Both the position numbers and the translations under genes were made by a program. This document shows positions 24,127 to 34,236 of a stretch of 64,000 nt of DNA, in pieces. Source of the stretch: Watersipora subatra (lineage: Eukaryota). Position 1 is the stretch's first letter; every line of letters begins with the position of its first letter. The notes under the pieces are model-generated. The model saw nothing but the letters and a program-made list of their open reading frames with translations. It had not been told where the DNA came from and did not search any database. The stretch covers positions 42,925,115 through 42,989,114 of the forward strand of contig NC_088708.1 in NCBI RefSeq assembly GCF_963576615.1. Direction: 5' to 3'.

Positions 24127-25907
24127 CATGTACTAGTTTACAAAACAAGATAAATTTAGTAAGACATTTCCAAAAGTTCTTTGAAGTTGGTTTGGATATT
24201 TAAGTTGTTTGCTTGAACATTTATCAAGTTACATACAGCCTTGTTATTTTTGATCTGATTATCAACATGTGAATACATCTTCAGCAGATGGTAAAACTTA
24301 TGTTGATGAATTTTGGATTGTGATGAACACGTTTAGGATATTATTACACTGGGGTTAGCGAAATTCAGAATTGTATAAGCATGAGAGAAAATTGGAATAG
24401 GTCTACAATGATATTTTAGGAATTACAAAAAATGTTTTCAAATCATTCCTAACTGGATGAAATCACTGACCTATTCCTTTGCATACTATTCAATTTTGTA
24501 ACTAGGTATGTTGGAATCAGGCCTGCCAACCCAAGAGTGGGGCAATGCTTGAAATTTGGTTTTGGGGCAATTGATGTATCAATGATAGTATATATAAAAT
24601 TGTGGAAATTGGAGCAAAAATCTCACCCATTTTTATTTTTTCTTTGGTGTAACTGCGTGAGTATCACGCCCAATGCGTGGGAGTTGGCAGGACTGGTTGG
24701 AATATATAAATTTAATCATCACATTCTGGTTAGAATCATGACTCTTAATGACACACAAACAAATGTTTAGTAAAATAATTATCACAGAGGCTATCGTATG
24801 GTGAGAATAATCAACATTTGAAGAGATTTGAATCAGCATTCTACCCATAATGTATGAACGAACTATGAACGTTTACAAGTTGAACCAACTCGGATTATAG
24901 CAAAATAGTTTTTAAGCACTGCTAAAATTAATTCGTATGTCTAGCCATGACTGGTCATTAAAAACATTTAAGGTCATGTTTTCTGTCCGCTCTGATCCAC
25001 AAGGTTGGTTATTAAGCATAATTATGAGCAGAGATAACCGTTCTACTGTGGCGAAGACAACGATATTGTTTGCAAGCGTAACAGACATCAGAATTAATAT
25101 AGACTTTTATTAGAGGATCTCCTTGAAGTTAAAAACTAAAATGAACTTACAACAAAATTGAATAAATATATCTGTGCAAGTTGGCCACTACGTTAGCGCA
25201 ATCGGTTAATAAATAGCAAAATTCGTTCGACTTAAAATGGCGTAAATTTTAATCGCGATACGCATGCGCATCAAAATACGCCTGTAATTCCTCTAGCGAC
25301 GTGAGAAGTTAAGAGAGGGGACAACCCAATAATGCATATACCTATGCTAACAAAGGCGTTAGATATACGTACCTGTACGGTTTACGTACATGTACTGGCC
25401 TACTGGTAAATCATGTCTCGAATTGCTAAATAAAGCACATTAGATAATTTGATTGCAAATGTCCTATTCTTCAACGCATATGCTTATATTGTAAATGCTA
25501 TTACTTCAGTTATGCAAGTAATCATCGTTCAAAAAACATAATTTTGCTTTGTTAGTATCAAAACACGTTTCAAGTTATCTTTTTCATTGTAGTGAATTTG
25601 GGTGGCCTTTATTATTGATGAGAGTATTCACCTATCTTACAGTGTGAAATCTAGTTTACATTTAACTTGTGCTAAAGCCAGAAATACATACTTATGTAAA
25701 CACTGCACATAAGTACAAGGATTTCCTGTGGCAGGTCCACAGACAACTCTCAGCACCAAAATCCATAACAGATACACGTTTTTAAATTGATACGATAAAG
25801 AAAGTTTTGTAAACTGAGTAATGTTCCTGTGAGACAAACAAACAGTTTCCTCCTATTTGAACACTTAGTAATAATAACAATGAGTCACCCAATTCAAAGA
25901 GTGTGTA

Positions 25908-26405
25908 TATTGGTGTCAGATTGGTAGGTGTCAGAATGTATAGGTGCCAGATTGTCTAAGTGTCAGAGTGTGTAGGTGTCAGAGTGTATAGGTGTTGGAT
26001 TGTGTAGGTGTCAGAGTGTTTAGGTGTCAGAGTGTCTAGATGTCAGTGTGTAGGCGTCAGAGTGTTTAGGTGTCAGAGTGTTTAGGTGTCAGAGTGTTTA
26101 GATGTCAGAGTGTATAAGTGTCAGAGTGTGTAGGTGTCAGAGTGTCTAGATGTCAGTGTGTAGGCGTCAGAGTGTTTAGGTGTCAGAGTGTTTAGGTGTC
26201 AGAGTGTTTAGATGTCCGAGTGTATAAGTGTCAGAGTGTGTAGGCGTCAGAGTGTTTAGGTGTCAGAGTGTTTAGGTGTCAGAGTGTCTAGATGTCAGTG
26301 TGTAGGCGTCAGAGTGTTTAGGTGTCAGAGTGTTTAGGTGTCAGAGTGTTTAGATGTCAGAGTGTATAAGTGTCAGAGTGTATAGGTGTCAACGTGTGTA
26401 GGTGA
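25908..26405. repeat. minisatellite: 16-bp unit (aggtgtcagagtgttt) x about 31, with a 123-bp higher-order repeat x3
   Basis: The 123-bp block recurs at about 26020, 26143 and 26266. Confidence 0.9.
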
Positions 26406-26482
26406 TTGCTGTTTATCTCAGTAGATAAACAAATTAAATAAAAAGAGATGTCGTTGGCCCATTTTTCTATTCACCAATAGTT

Positions 26483-26795
26483 TAACTATTTAGGTCAACT
26501 ATACATGTAAATACTACCAAAGATAAAATGCTAACATAGCTACATTCAAAACAAGAACAAATATTTGCATAATTGAATGGTTTCACTTTATATTCACGGA
26601 TCTAACTGAGAAGCGACAAATCAGTTTTGTTGCTATAACAACAGCTCACAAAATAGCTTCTTCAAGTCCTTTTAGAAAGGCTTTTAGAACTTGATTCTAT
26701 AACTTTACATAAGTGTGTAGTTCTCACACAGTGCACATCTTTTAATAGAATTATTTGAAAGCTAATTCTAGAATAAGACGTTTATAATGGTTTCT
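26483..26795. repeat. flank A, left arm of a 300-bp inverted duplication (about 95% identical to the reverse complement of 30366-30660)
   Basis: Direct comparison shows that the reverse complement of 30400-30660 matches 26483-26745 nearly base for base. Confidence 0.8.
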
Positions 26796-26827
26796 ATATA
26801 TATATATATACATGTATATATATATAT

Positions 26828-26877
<50 letters not shown>
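26795..26877. repeat. (TA)n microsatellite with CATG interruptions
   Basis: This simple repeat lies at the copy-1 3' junction. Confidence 0.95.
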
Positions 26878-26878
<1 letters not shown>

Positions 26879-28334
26879 AAAATTGTTTCCTCACCCTGGT
26901 CAACCCGTATGGGTGGTAATTTCTGCTCTAACTCGGGTCTCCTACCAGAGACCTGGGAGTTTGAGCACACGCCTCAAGGTCTTAGTTGTTCCCAGTAGCG
27001 CACTTTTCTGCAACTCACCTGAGTTGATTGCTGTTGGTATTTGGGCAAGCCACATTTTATGCGCCGGTGTTATTGCGCCTAGTGCCCCAATAATTACTAG
27101 GATTACAGTTGTTCTTACATCCCAGCATTTTTCAATCTCTTCTCCAAGAGGGAGATATTTCTCTACCTTTTCCTTTTCTTTGCTGTCTATATTGTAGTCA
27201 TTGGGTACTGCTATATCTATTATAGTAGCCCTCTTGTGCTCCTTGTCCACCACCACTATATCTGGTTGGTTTGCTAGGACATGCTTGTCAGTCCGGCTGT
27301 AGAAGTCCCAGAGGATCTTAGCGTGGTCATTTTCATTAACCTTACCAGGAGCTTCCCATCTGTGTTGTGGTTTACTAAGGCCATACTCATCACATAGACT
27401 TCTATACACAACACTTGCGACATGATTATGCCGCTCAGTGTATGCGTTTCCTGCTAGCTGCTTGCATCCACTGATGATGTGTTGGATGGTCTCAGGTGCA
27501 TCTTTGCACAGTCTGCATCTAGGATTGTCTCTGGTGTGATAGATTTTTGTTTGGAGTTGCGTTGTTGGGAGCACTTGCTCCTGGGCTGACATGATTAGCG
27601 ACTCTGTATTGGCCGTTAGGTTTCCTTTGTTCAGCCACATATATGTCTGGTGAAGATCACCAACCTTAGATATTTGTTGGTGGTAAGCACCATGAAGAGG
27701 TTTCATGTGCTAGTCAGTTTCCTCATCATCGCTGCGAAAATCCATTGTCAGAGCAGCTGATTGAAATTCAGCTAGCAACCTATCTGAAGTGGCCATGGAA
27801 GCTGCATAGGTGTTGATGCTTTGTTCTTCTTTTTTCACTGTCTGCTGCACACTTTTGAGTCTCCTACCGCCATATTTCCTATCGAGTTACAATCTAGTAG
27901 TATCAGATTTTGGGCAGAGTGCTCCATGCATGGTCAGCAGTTTACGAGTTGCTATATATGTTTCCTTGATGGATTCCTCAGTCCACTTTATTATGCCTGC
28001 TGGATATCTTATTACTGGCAGTGCGTAAGTATTTATTGCCATGACTTGGTTTTTGGAATTATGCTGGCTCCGTAGGACCTGCCGAAGGCGTTTCTTGTAT
28101 TCGGTAATGGCCTTGTGACATACCTCGGCTTCGTGGTTGATGTTGCTTTGCATAATCCCCAAGTACCTGTACCCTTCTTTTATATCTTTGATGTTACCAT
28201 TTGGCATTCTTAGGCCATCTGTGAGCATAGCATGGTCTTTCTTAAGAATTAGCTTTCCACATTTCTCAATACCAAAGGTCATTCTGATGTCCTTGCTGTA
28301 TACCTGAAAGAGTTCTTCATACGCTGCACTCTGC

Positions 28335-28336
<2 letters not shown>
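26878..28336 (-). mobile_element. RLE-type (R2-superfamily) non-LTR retrotransposon, copy 1, 5'-truncated within the RT domain (about 1.45 kb)
   Basis: The 3' end (RC) ..TTACCACCCATACGGGTTGACCAGGGTGAGGAAACAATTTTT abuts the (TA)n tract at 26795-26877, and the 5' end abuts the (TA)n tract at 28337-28382. It contains ORFs 26942..27706 (CCHC plus RLE) and 27887..28336 (RT thumb). Confidence 0.85.
26942..27706 (-). CDS. C-terminal ORF fragment of the retrotransposon ORF: CCHC zinc knuckle (CRLCKDAPETIQHIISGC) plus PD-(D/E)xK restriction-like endonuclease domain (QPDIVVVDKEHKRATIIDIAVPNDY..EKEKVEKY)
   Basis: This 254-aa ORF from the track shows the domain order and motifs typical of R2/R4/NeSL-type elements. 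Confidence 0.8.
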   Translation of the reverse strand: MKPLHGAYHQQISKVGDLHQTYMWLNKGNLTANTESLIMSAQEQVLPTTQLQTKIYHTRDNPRCRLCKDAPETIQHIISGCKQLAGNAYTERHNHVASVVYRSLCDEYGLSKPQHRWEAPGKVNENDHAKILWDFYSRTDKHVLANQPDIVVVDKEHKRATIIDIAVPNDYNIDSKEKEKVEKYLPLGEEIEKCWDVRTTVILVIIGALGAITPAHKMWLAQIPTAINSGELQKSALLGTTKTLRRVLKLPGLW

Positions 28337-28368
<32 letters not shown>

Positions 28369-28382
28369 AGACATATATATAT
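28337..28382. repeat. (TA)n microsatellite between copy 1 (5' end) and copy 2 (3' end)
   Basis: Simple repeat. Confidence 0.95.
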
Positions 28383-28794
28383 AAAAAATTGTTTCCTCAC
28401 CCCGGATACCCCGTATGGGTGGTAAATTCTGCTCCAACTCGGGTCTCCTACCAGAGACCTGGGAGTTTGAGCACTCACCTCAAGATCTTAGCTGTTCCCA
28501 ATAGCGCACTTTTCTGCAACTCACCTGAGTTGATTGTTGTTGGTATTTGGGCAAGCCACATTTTATGCGCCGGTGTTATTGCGCCCAGTGCCCCGTGCCC
28601 CAATGGCTACTGGGATTACAGTTGTTCTTACATTCCAGCATTTTTCAATCTCTTCTCCAAGAGGGAGATATTTCTCTACCTTTTCTTTTTCTTTGCTGGC
28701 TATATTGTAGTCATTGGGTACTGCTATATCTATTATAGTAGCCCTCTTGTTCTCCTTGTCTATCACCACTATATCTGGTTGGTTTGCTAGGACA
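28383..28794 (-). mobile_element. RLE-type non-LTR retrotransposon copy 2: 3'-terminal 410-bp fragment (severely 5'-truncated)
   Basis: It shares the same 3' terminus (..GAGGAAACAATTTTTT then TA repeats) and is homologous to the 3' 410 bp of copies 1 and 4. It is flanked on both sides by (TA)n. Confidence 0.8.
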
Positions 28795-28849
28795 TATATA
28801 TATATATATATATATACAGTGCCGTATATATGTATATATGTATATATAC
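28795..28849. repeat. (TA)n microsatellite between the 5' ends of copy 2 and copy 3, with the 9-mer CAGTGCCGT duplicated by slippage
   Basis: This is a simple repeat. It sits at a 5'-to-5' junction and therefore cannot be an element 3' tail. Confidence 0.9.
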
Positions 28850-30337
28850 AGTGCCGTCAGAACCACCTCTTAACCATAAACCACCTCATAAACCACCTCT
28901 TCTACATGGATGACATCAAGCTGTACGCTAACAAAGAAAGGGAGATTGATTCGCTAATACACCTCACTCAGGTATACAGCAAAAACATCAGAATGACCTT
29001 CGGTATTGAGTAATGTGGAAGGCTCATTCCTAAGAAAAACCATTCTATGCTCACAGATGGCCTAAAAATGCCAAATGGTAACATCAAAGATATAGAAGAA
29101 GAGTACAAGTACTTGGGGATTATGCAAAGCAACGTCAACCACAAAGCCGAGGTGCGCCACAAAGCCATTACCGAATACAAGAAACGCCTTCGGCAGGTCC
29201 TACGGAGCCAGCTCAATTCCAAAAACCAAGTCATGGCAATAAATACCTACATACTGCCAGTAATAAGATATTCAGCAGGCATAATAAAGTGAACTGAGGA
29301 AGCCATCAAGGAAACAGATATAGCGACTCGTAAACTGCTGACCATGCATGGAACACTCCACCCAAAATCTGATACTATTAGATTGTATCTCGATAGGAAT
29401 GATGGTGGTAGGGGACTCAAAAGTGTACAGCAGATAGAGAAAGAAGAAGAGGAAAAATGAAGCATCAAAGCCTATGCAGCCTCCATGGCCACTTCAGATA
29501 AGTTGCTAGCTGAACTTCAATCGGCTGCTTTGACAATGGAGCTTCGCAGTGATGATGAGGAAACTGACTGGCACATGAAACCTCTTCATGGTGCTTACCA
29601 CCGACAAATATCTAAGGTTGGCGATCTTCACCAGACATATGTGTGGCTGAACAAAGGAAACCTAACGGCCAATACAGAGCTGCCAGTTGCTAATCATGGC
29701 AGCCCAGGAGCAAGTGCTCCCAACAAGGCAACTTCAAACAAAATTCTATCACACTAGAGACAATCCTAGATGCAGACTGTGCAAAGATGCACCTGAAACC
29801 ATCCAACACATCATCAGTGGATGCAAACAGCTAGCAGGAAATGCATACACTGAGCGGCATAATCATGTCGCAGGTGTTGTGTATATAAGTCTATAGTATG
29901 AGTATGGCCTTAATAAACCACAACACTGGTGAGAAGCTTCTGGTAAGGTCAATGAAAATGACCGCGCTAAGATCCTCTGGGACTTCTACATTCGGACTGA
30001 CAAGCAGTACCCAATGACTACAATATAAACAGCAAAGAAAAACAAAAAGGTAGAGAAATATCTCCCTCTTGGAGAAGAGATTGAAAAATGCTTGGATGTA
30101 AGGACAACTGTAATCCCAGTAGTCATTGGGGCACTGGGCGCAATAACACCGGCACATAAAACGAGGCTTGCTCAAATACCGACAGCTATCAATTCAGGCA
30201 AGTTGCAGAAAAGTGTGCTATTGGGAACAGCTAATATCTTGAGACGAGTGCTCAAACTCCCAGGTCTCTGGTAGGAGATTCGAGTTAGAGCAGAAATTAC
30301 CACCCATACGGGTTAACCGGGATGAGGAAACAATTTT
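28849..30337 (+). mobile_element. RLE-type non-LTR retrotransposon copy 3, 5'-truncated at the RT YMDD motif, in orientation opposite to copies 1 and 2
   Basis: The + strand ORF fragments 28714..29013 (HLFYMDDIKLYANKEREIDSLIHLTQVYSKNIRMTFGIE), 29047..29292, 29687..29896 (CCHC) and 30092..30274 belong to it. The 3' end ..GAGGAAACAATTTTA is followed by the (TA)n tract at 30337-30365. Confidence 0.85.
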
Positions 30338-30365
30338 ATATATATATACACATGTATATATATAG

Positions 30366-30660
30366 AAATATTCTAGAATTAGCCCTCAAAGTAATTTTAT
30401 TAAAAGATATGCACTGTGTGAGAACTAAACACTTATGTAAAGTTATAGAATCAAGTTCTAAAAGCTTTTCTAAAAGCACTTGAAGAAGCTATTTTGTGAG
30501 CTGTTGTTATAGCAACAAAACTTATTTGTCATTTCTTAGTTAGATCCATGAATATAAAGTGAAACCATTCAATTATGCAAATATTTGTTCTTGTTTTGAA
30601 TGTAGCTATGTTAGCATTTTATCTTTGGTAGTATTTACATGTATAGTTGACCTAAATAGT
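30366..30660. repeat. flank A', the inverted copy of 26483-26795 (right arm of the palindrome)
   Basis: See flank A. Copies 1 and 3 of the retrotransposon lie just inside the two arms in opposite orientation. Confidence 0.8.
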
Positions 30661-30664
30661 TTCT

Positions 30665-30743
30665 GATATATATGATATATATATTTATAATATAAATGAT
30701 ATATATATTATATATATATACTTATGATGTATATATACTTATG

Positions 30744-30803
<60 letters not shown>
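30665..30803. repeat. TA-rich compound microsatellite at the copy-4 3' junction
   Basis: Simple repeat. Confidence 0.9.
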
Positions 30804-30804
<1 letters not shown>

Positions 30805-31045
30805 ATTTGTTTCCTCGCCCTGGTTAACCCGTATGAGTGGTAACTTCTGCTCTAACTCGGGTCTCCTACCAGAGACCTGGGAGTTTGAGCACTCACCTCA
30901 AGATCTTAGCTGTTTCCAGTAGTGCACTTTTCTGCAACTCACCTGAGTCGATTACTGTTGGTATTTGGGCAAGCCACATTTTATGCGCCGGGGTTATTGC
31001 GCCCAGTGCCCCAATGACTACCGGGATTACAGTTGTTTTTACATC

Positions 31046-31630
31046 TCAGCATTTTTCGATCTCTTCTCCAAGAGGGAGATATTTCTCTACCTTTTCTTTT
31101 TCTTTGCTGTCTATATTGTAGTCATTGGGTACTGCTATATCTATTATAGTAGCCCTCTTGTGCTCCTTGTCCACCACCACTATATCTGGTTGGTTTGCTA
31201 GGACATGCTTGTCAGTCCGGCTGTAGAAGTCCCAGAGGATCTTAGCGTGGTCATTTTCATTAACCTTACCAGGAGCTTCCCATCTGTGTTGTGGTTTACT
31301 AAGGCCATACTCATCACATAGACTTCTATACACAACACTTGCGACATGATTATGCCGCTCAGTGTATGCGTTTCCTGCTAGCTGCTTGCATCCACTGATG
31401 ATGTGTTGGATGGTCTCAGGTGCATCTTTGCACAGTCTGCATCTAGGATTGTCTCTAGTGTGATAGATTTTTGTTTGGAGTTGCGTTGTTGGGAGCACTT
31501 GCTCCTGGGCTGACATGATTAGCGACTCTGTATTGGCCGTTAGGTTTCCTTTGTTCAGCCATATATATGTCTGGTGAAGATCACCAACCTTAGATATTTG
31601 TTGGTGGTAAGCACCATGAAGAGGTTTCAT
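31046..31630 (-). CDS. C-terminal CCHC plus RLE endonuclease ORF of copy 4
   Basis: This 194-aa ORF is 99% identical to the copy-1 ORF, with a single difference (I versus M in TYIWL/TYMWL). Confidence 0.8.
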   Translation of the reverse strand: MKPLHGAYHQQISKVGDLHQTYIWLNKGNLTANTESLIMSAQEQVLPTTQLQTKIYHTRDNPRCRLCKDAPETIQHIISGCKQLAGNAYTERHNHVASVVYRSLCDEYGLSKPQHRWEAPGKVNENDHAKILWDFYSRTDKHVLANQPDIVVVDKEHKRATIIDIAVPNDYNIDSKEKEKVEKYLPLGEEIEKC

Positions 31631-32024
31631 GTGCTAGTCAGTTTCCTCATCATCACTGCGAAAATCCATTGTCAGAGCAGCTGATTGAAATTCAGCTAGC
31701 AACCTATCTGAAGTGGCCATGGAAGCTGCATAGGTGTTGATGCTTTGTTCTTCCTTTTTCACTGTCTGCTGCACACTTTTGAGTCTCCTACCGCCATATT
31801 TCCTATTGAGTTACAATCTAGTAGTGTCAGATTTTGGGCAGAGTGCTCCATGCATGGTCAGCAGTTTACGAGTTGCTACATATATCTGTTTCTTTGATGG
31901 CTTCCTCAGTCCACTTTATTATGCCTGCTGGATATCTTATTACTGGCAGTGCGTAGGTATTTATTGCCATGACTTGGTTCTTGGCATTGAGCTGGCTCCG
32001 TAGGACCTGCTGAAGGCGTTTCTT

Positions 32025-32711
32025 TTATTCAGCAATGGCTTTGTGACGTACCTCGGCTTCGTGGTTGATGTTGCTTTGCATAATCCCCAAGTACTTGTAC
32101 TCTTCTTCTATATCTTTGATAGTACCATTTGGCATTCTTAGGCCATCTGTGAGCATAGAATGGTTTTTCTTAAGAATTAGCCTTCCACATTTCTCAATAC
32201 CGAAGGTCATTCCGATGTCCTTGCTGTATACCTGAGTGAGGTGTATTAGCAAATCAATGTCCCTTTCTTTGTTAGCATACAGCTTGATGTCATCCATGTA
32301 GAAGAGGTGGTTTATCTTGGTGCCACTCTTAAACTGGTACCCATAGTGAGTCTTCTCCAGCATATTGCTTAGAGGGTTTAGGCATATGCAGAAGAGCAGC
32401 GGTGATAAGGAGTCACCTTGATAGATGCCTCGCTTAATTTTTACACTTGCCAGCTTTTTGCCATTAGCTTCCAGTTCCGTCTTCCATTTGGTCATCGACA
32501 TCTTGATGAATGCCACAAGAGCAGGGTGAACATTGTACATACTGAGGCACTCAAGTATCCAACTATGGGGAATTGAGTCATAGGCTTTTTTGTAGTCGAT
32601 CCAAGCCTTGGCAAGATTGGTATGCCTTCCTGCTGTCTTGACAGACCGTGCGATCCACCAGTAACTGATGTTTGGCTCCTCGGGTGTTGCGCCCAATTCC
32701 TTTCTGAGCAC
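32025..32711 (-). CDS. reverse transcriptase domain ORF of copy 4 (motifs AWIDYKKAYDSIPH, RGIYQGDSLSPLLFCICL, LFYMDDIKLYA, YLGI)
   Basis: This 228-aa ORF carries the canonical non-LTR RT motifs A, B' and C (YxDD). Its upstream part is frameshifted into ORF 32492..32902. Confidence 0.85.
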   Translation of the reverse strand: MLRKELGATPEEPNISYWWIARSVKTAGRHTNLAKAWIDYKKAYDSIPHSWILECLSMYNVHPALVAFIKMSMTKWKTELEANGKKLASVKIKRGIYQGDSLSPLLFCICLNPLSNMLEKTHYGYQFKSGTKINHLFYMDDIKLYANKERDIDLLIHLTQVYSKDIGMTFGIEKCGRLILKKNHSMLTDGLRMPNGTIKDIEEEYKYLGIMQSNINHEAEVRHKAIAE

Positions 32712-33181
32712 TGGTCATATAGTGACTCATGTGCTCTTCCAGTTTGTCTGCAACTATTCCTGAGAGCAGTTTTCATGTGGTGGGCAAGCACGTTATTGGT
32801 CAATAGTTCTTCGGAATCAGCCCTTGCTTTGGATCTTTTTTCAGAAGTACAGTTCATCCTTTGGTCAGCCATGCCGGATGGTTGCCTTCTTCTATTAGGC
32901 ATTCCATCTACTTAGCCATTTTAGTGTGAAGTGATGTCAATTTCTTCAACTAGAAGGCTTGAATCATTTCATGGCCAGGTGCTGCCCAGTTCTTCATATG
33001 CTGCACTCTGCACTTGATGTCCACTTCGCTGATGGTGAGTCCTTGCTGAGCCACAGTGTGTTGGTGGCTCTCTATAAGCCTCTTCAGCCAGTTTGCAGTG
33101 GTGTTATGAGTAGTCTCTTTCTCCCAGATGTCCTTCCAGAACTTTGAGGTGCTGGATCGGGGAAGATCTGACATTGGCCTC

Positions 33182-33237
33182 TGCCATATATATATATACC
33201 TATGGTATATATATATACCTATAGGTATATATATCTA
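33182..33237. mobile_element. 56-bp TA-rich palindromic insertion with a 7-bp direct repeat (TGGCCTC) inside the copy-4 ORF
   Basis: TGGCCTC is duplicated at 33175-33181 and 33238-33244. Removing the insert and one repeat copy restores the reading frame ..KGELRRP|MSDLPRSSTSKFWKDIW. Confidence 0.5.
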
Positions 33238-33995
33238 TGGCCTCCGCAGTTCACCTTTGAACTGAGAATACACTTTAGATGGATTATTGATGAACAGTTT
33301 GTTCATTCGCTTGTTATCCCGCTTTTTGGTGTACCGCTTCAGTCGTGCCGAGAGTGCTACTAGCTGTTGTTTGGCAGATTCTAGAGCTTCTATTGTGGCT
33401 TCTCTTTTTGGACGATTCAAACTGTAGTTAGATCTTTCACTAAGCCTACTAACTTTCTTGCGCAAGTCCTTGATCTTATTTTGTAGCCTCAGCTGCCAAG
33501 ATGGAATGGCTTGAAGCCTTGTTGACAGTGGCTTAATACCCATCTCCTCCAAGACGACGGTTGCCGTACTGTAGATTAAGGCATTAGTCTCACTGATCGA
33601 TTTAGTTGAGATCGACTCCAGTGCCAAGTTACTGTCTTCTAACAGCTTCTTGGGTATGGTCTTGCTTACTCTCCATAGTGGTACCCTGCTTCCATAATCA
33701 TTAGCAGCTGGCATCTTGTTGATGATATTTTCCACAAGCTCCTTCACCCTTGGGTCAAGGCCAAAGTGCATGTCGTCTTCAACTTGTGAGTCAACACAAG
33801 ACCGTGTATGTGTGACGGTGTGTGTTGATATGCACTCCTCGTTGGTCGAGATTACTTGGGTGAACTGTTCCCTAATTTCATCTACCTCAAGTTCTGATAT
33901 GAGGTGCCGCTTGATTATGTTACTTCTCTGAGCTACAAGTTGCTTAGCGGTTAGTGGCAATTCAGGGCGGATGCTTATCCACAGTTATCTGTAGA

Positions 33996-34081
33996 TACAT
34001 ATAACCGCAATTATATGTATCTGTTTAGTTATACATATATATATATGTATATATATATATATTTAGATATATATATATATA
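33996..34081. repeat. TA-rich microsatellite at the copy-4 5' side
   Basis: Simple repeat. Confidence 0.9.
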
Positions 34082-34201
34082 AAATATTTATAAGTGGAAC
34101 TTCACTCTATAAGTTAAACATTTTATTACTAATAGTTTCATGTGGTACAATCAGTATCACACTCTTCAGATAAAATGTCTAAAATGAATTTCATCCTCCA
34201 G

Positions 34202-34203
<2 letters not shown>

Positions 34204-34233
<30 letters not shown>
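34204..34233. repeat. (TA)15 microsatellite
   Basis: Simple repeat. Confidence 0.95.

Positions 34234-34236
<3 letters not shown>

Larger units (their letters stand above)
30804..33990 (-). mobile_element. RLE-type non-LTR retrotransposon copy 4, longest copy (about 3.2 kb), frameshifted or degenerate, with N-terminal region, RT, CCHC and RLE
   Basis: The - strand ORFs 33235..33960 (N-terminal, ..FINNPSKVYSQFKGE), 32950..33174, 32492..32902, 32025..32711 (RT) and 31046..31630 (CCHC plus RLE) belong to it. The 3' end abuts the (TA)-rich tract at 30665-30803 and the 5' side runs into the (TA)-rich tract at 33996-34081. Confidence 0.85.

Noticed and set aside
26883-27197. Plus-strand ORFs antisense to the retrotransposon copies (also 28389..28790, 30837..31121, 32622..32915, 32959..33147)
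   Set aside because: They are antisense to a recognisable RT/RLE ORF, carry no domain signal, and are typical spurious antisense ORFs.
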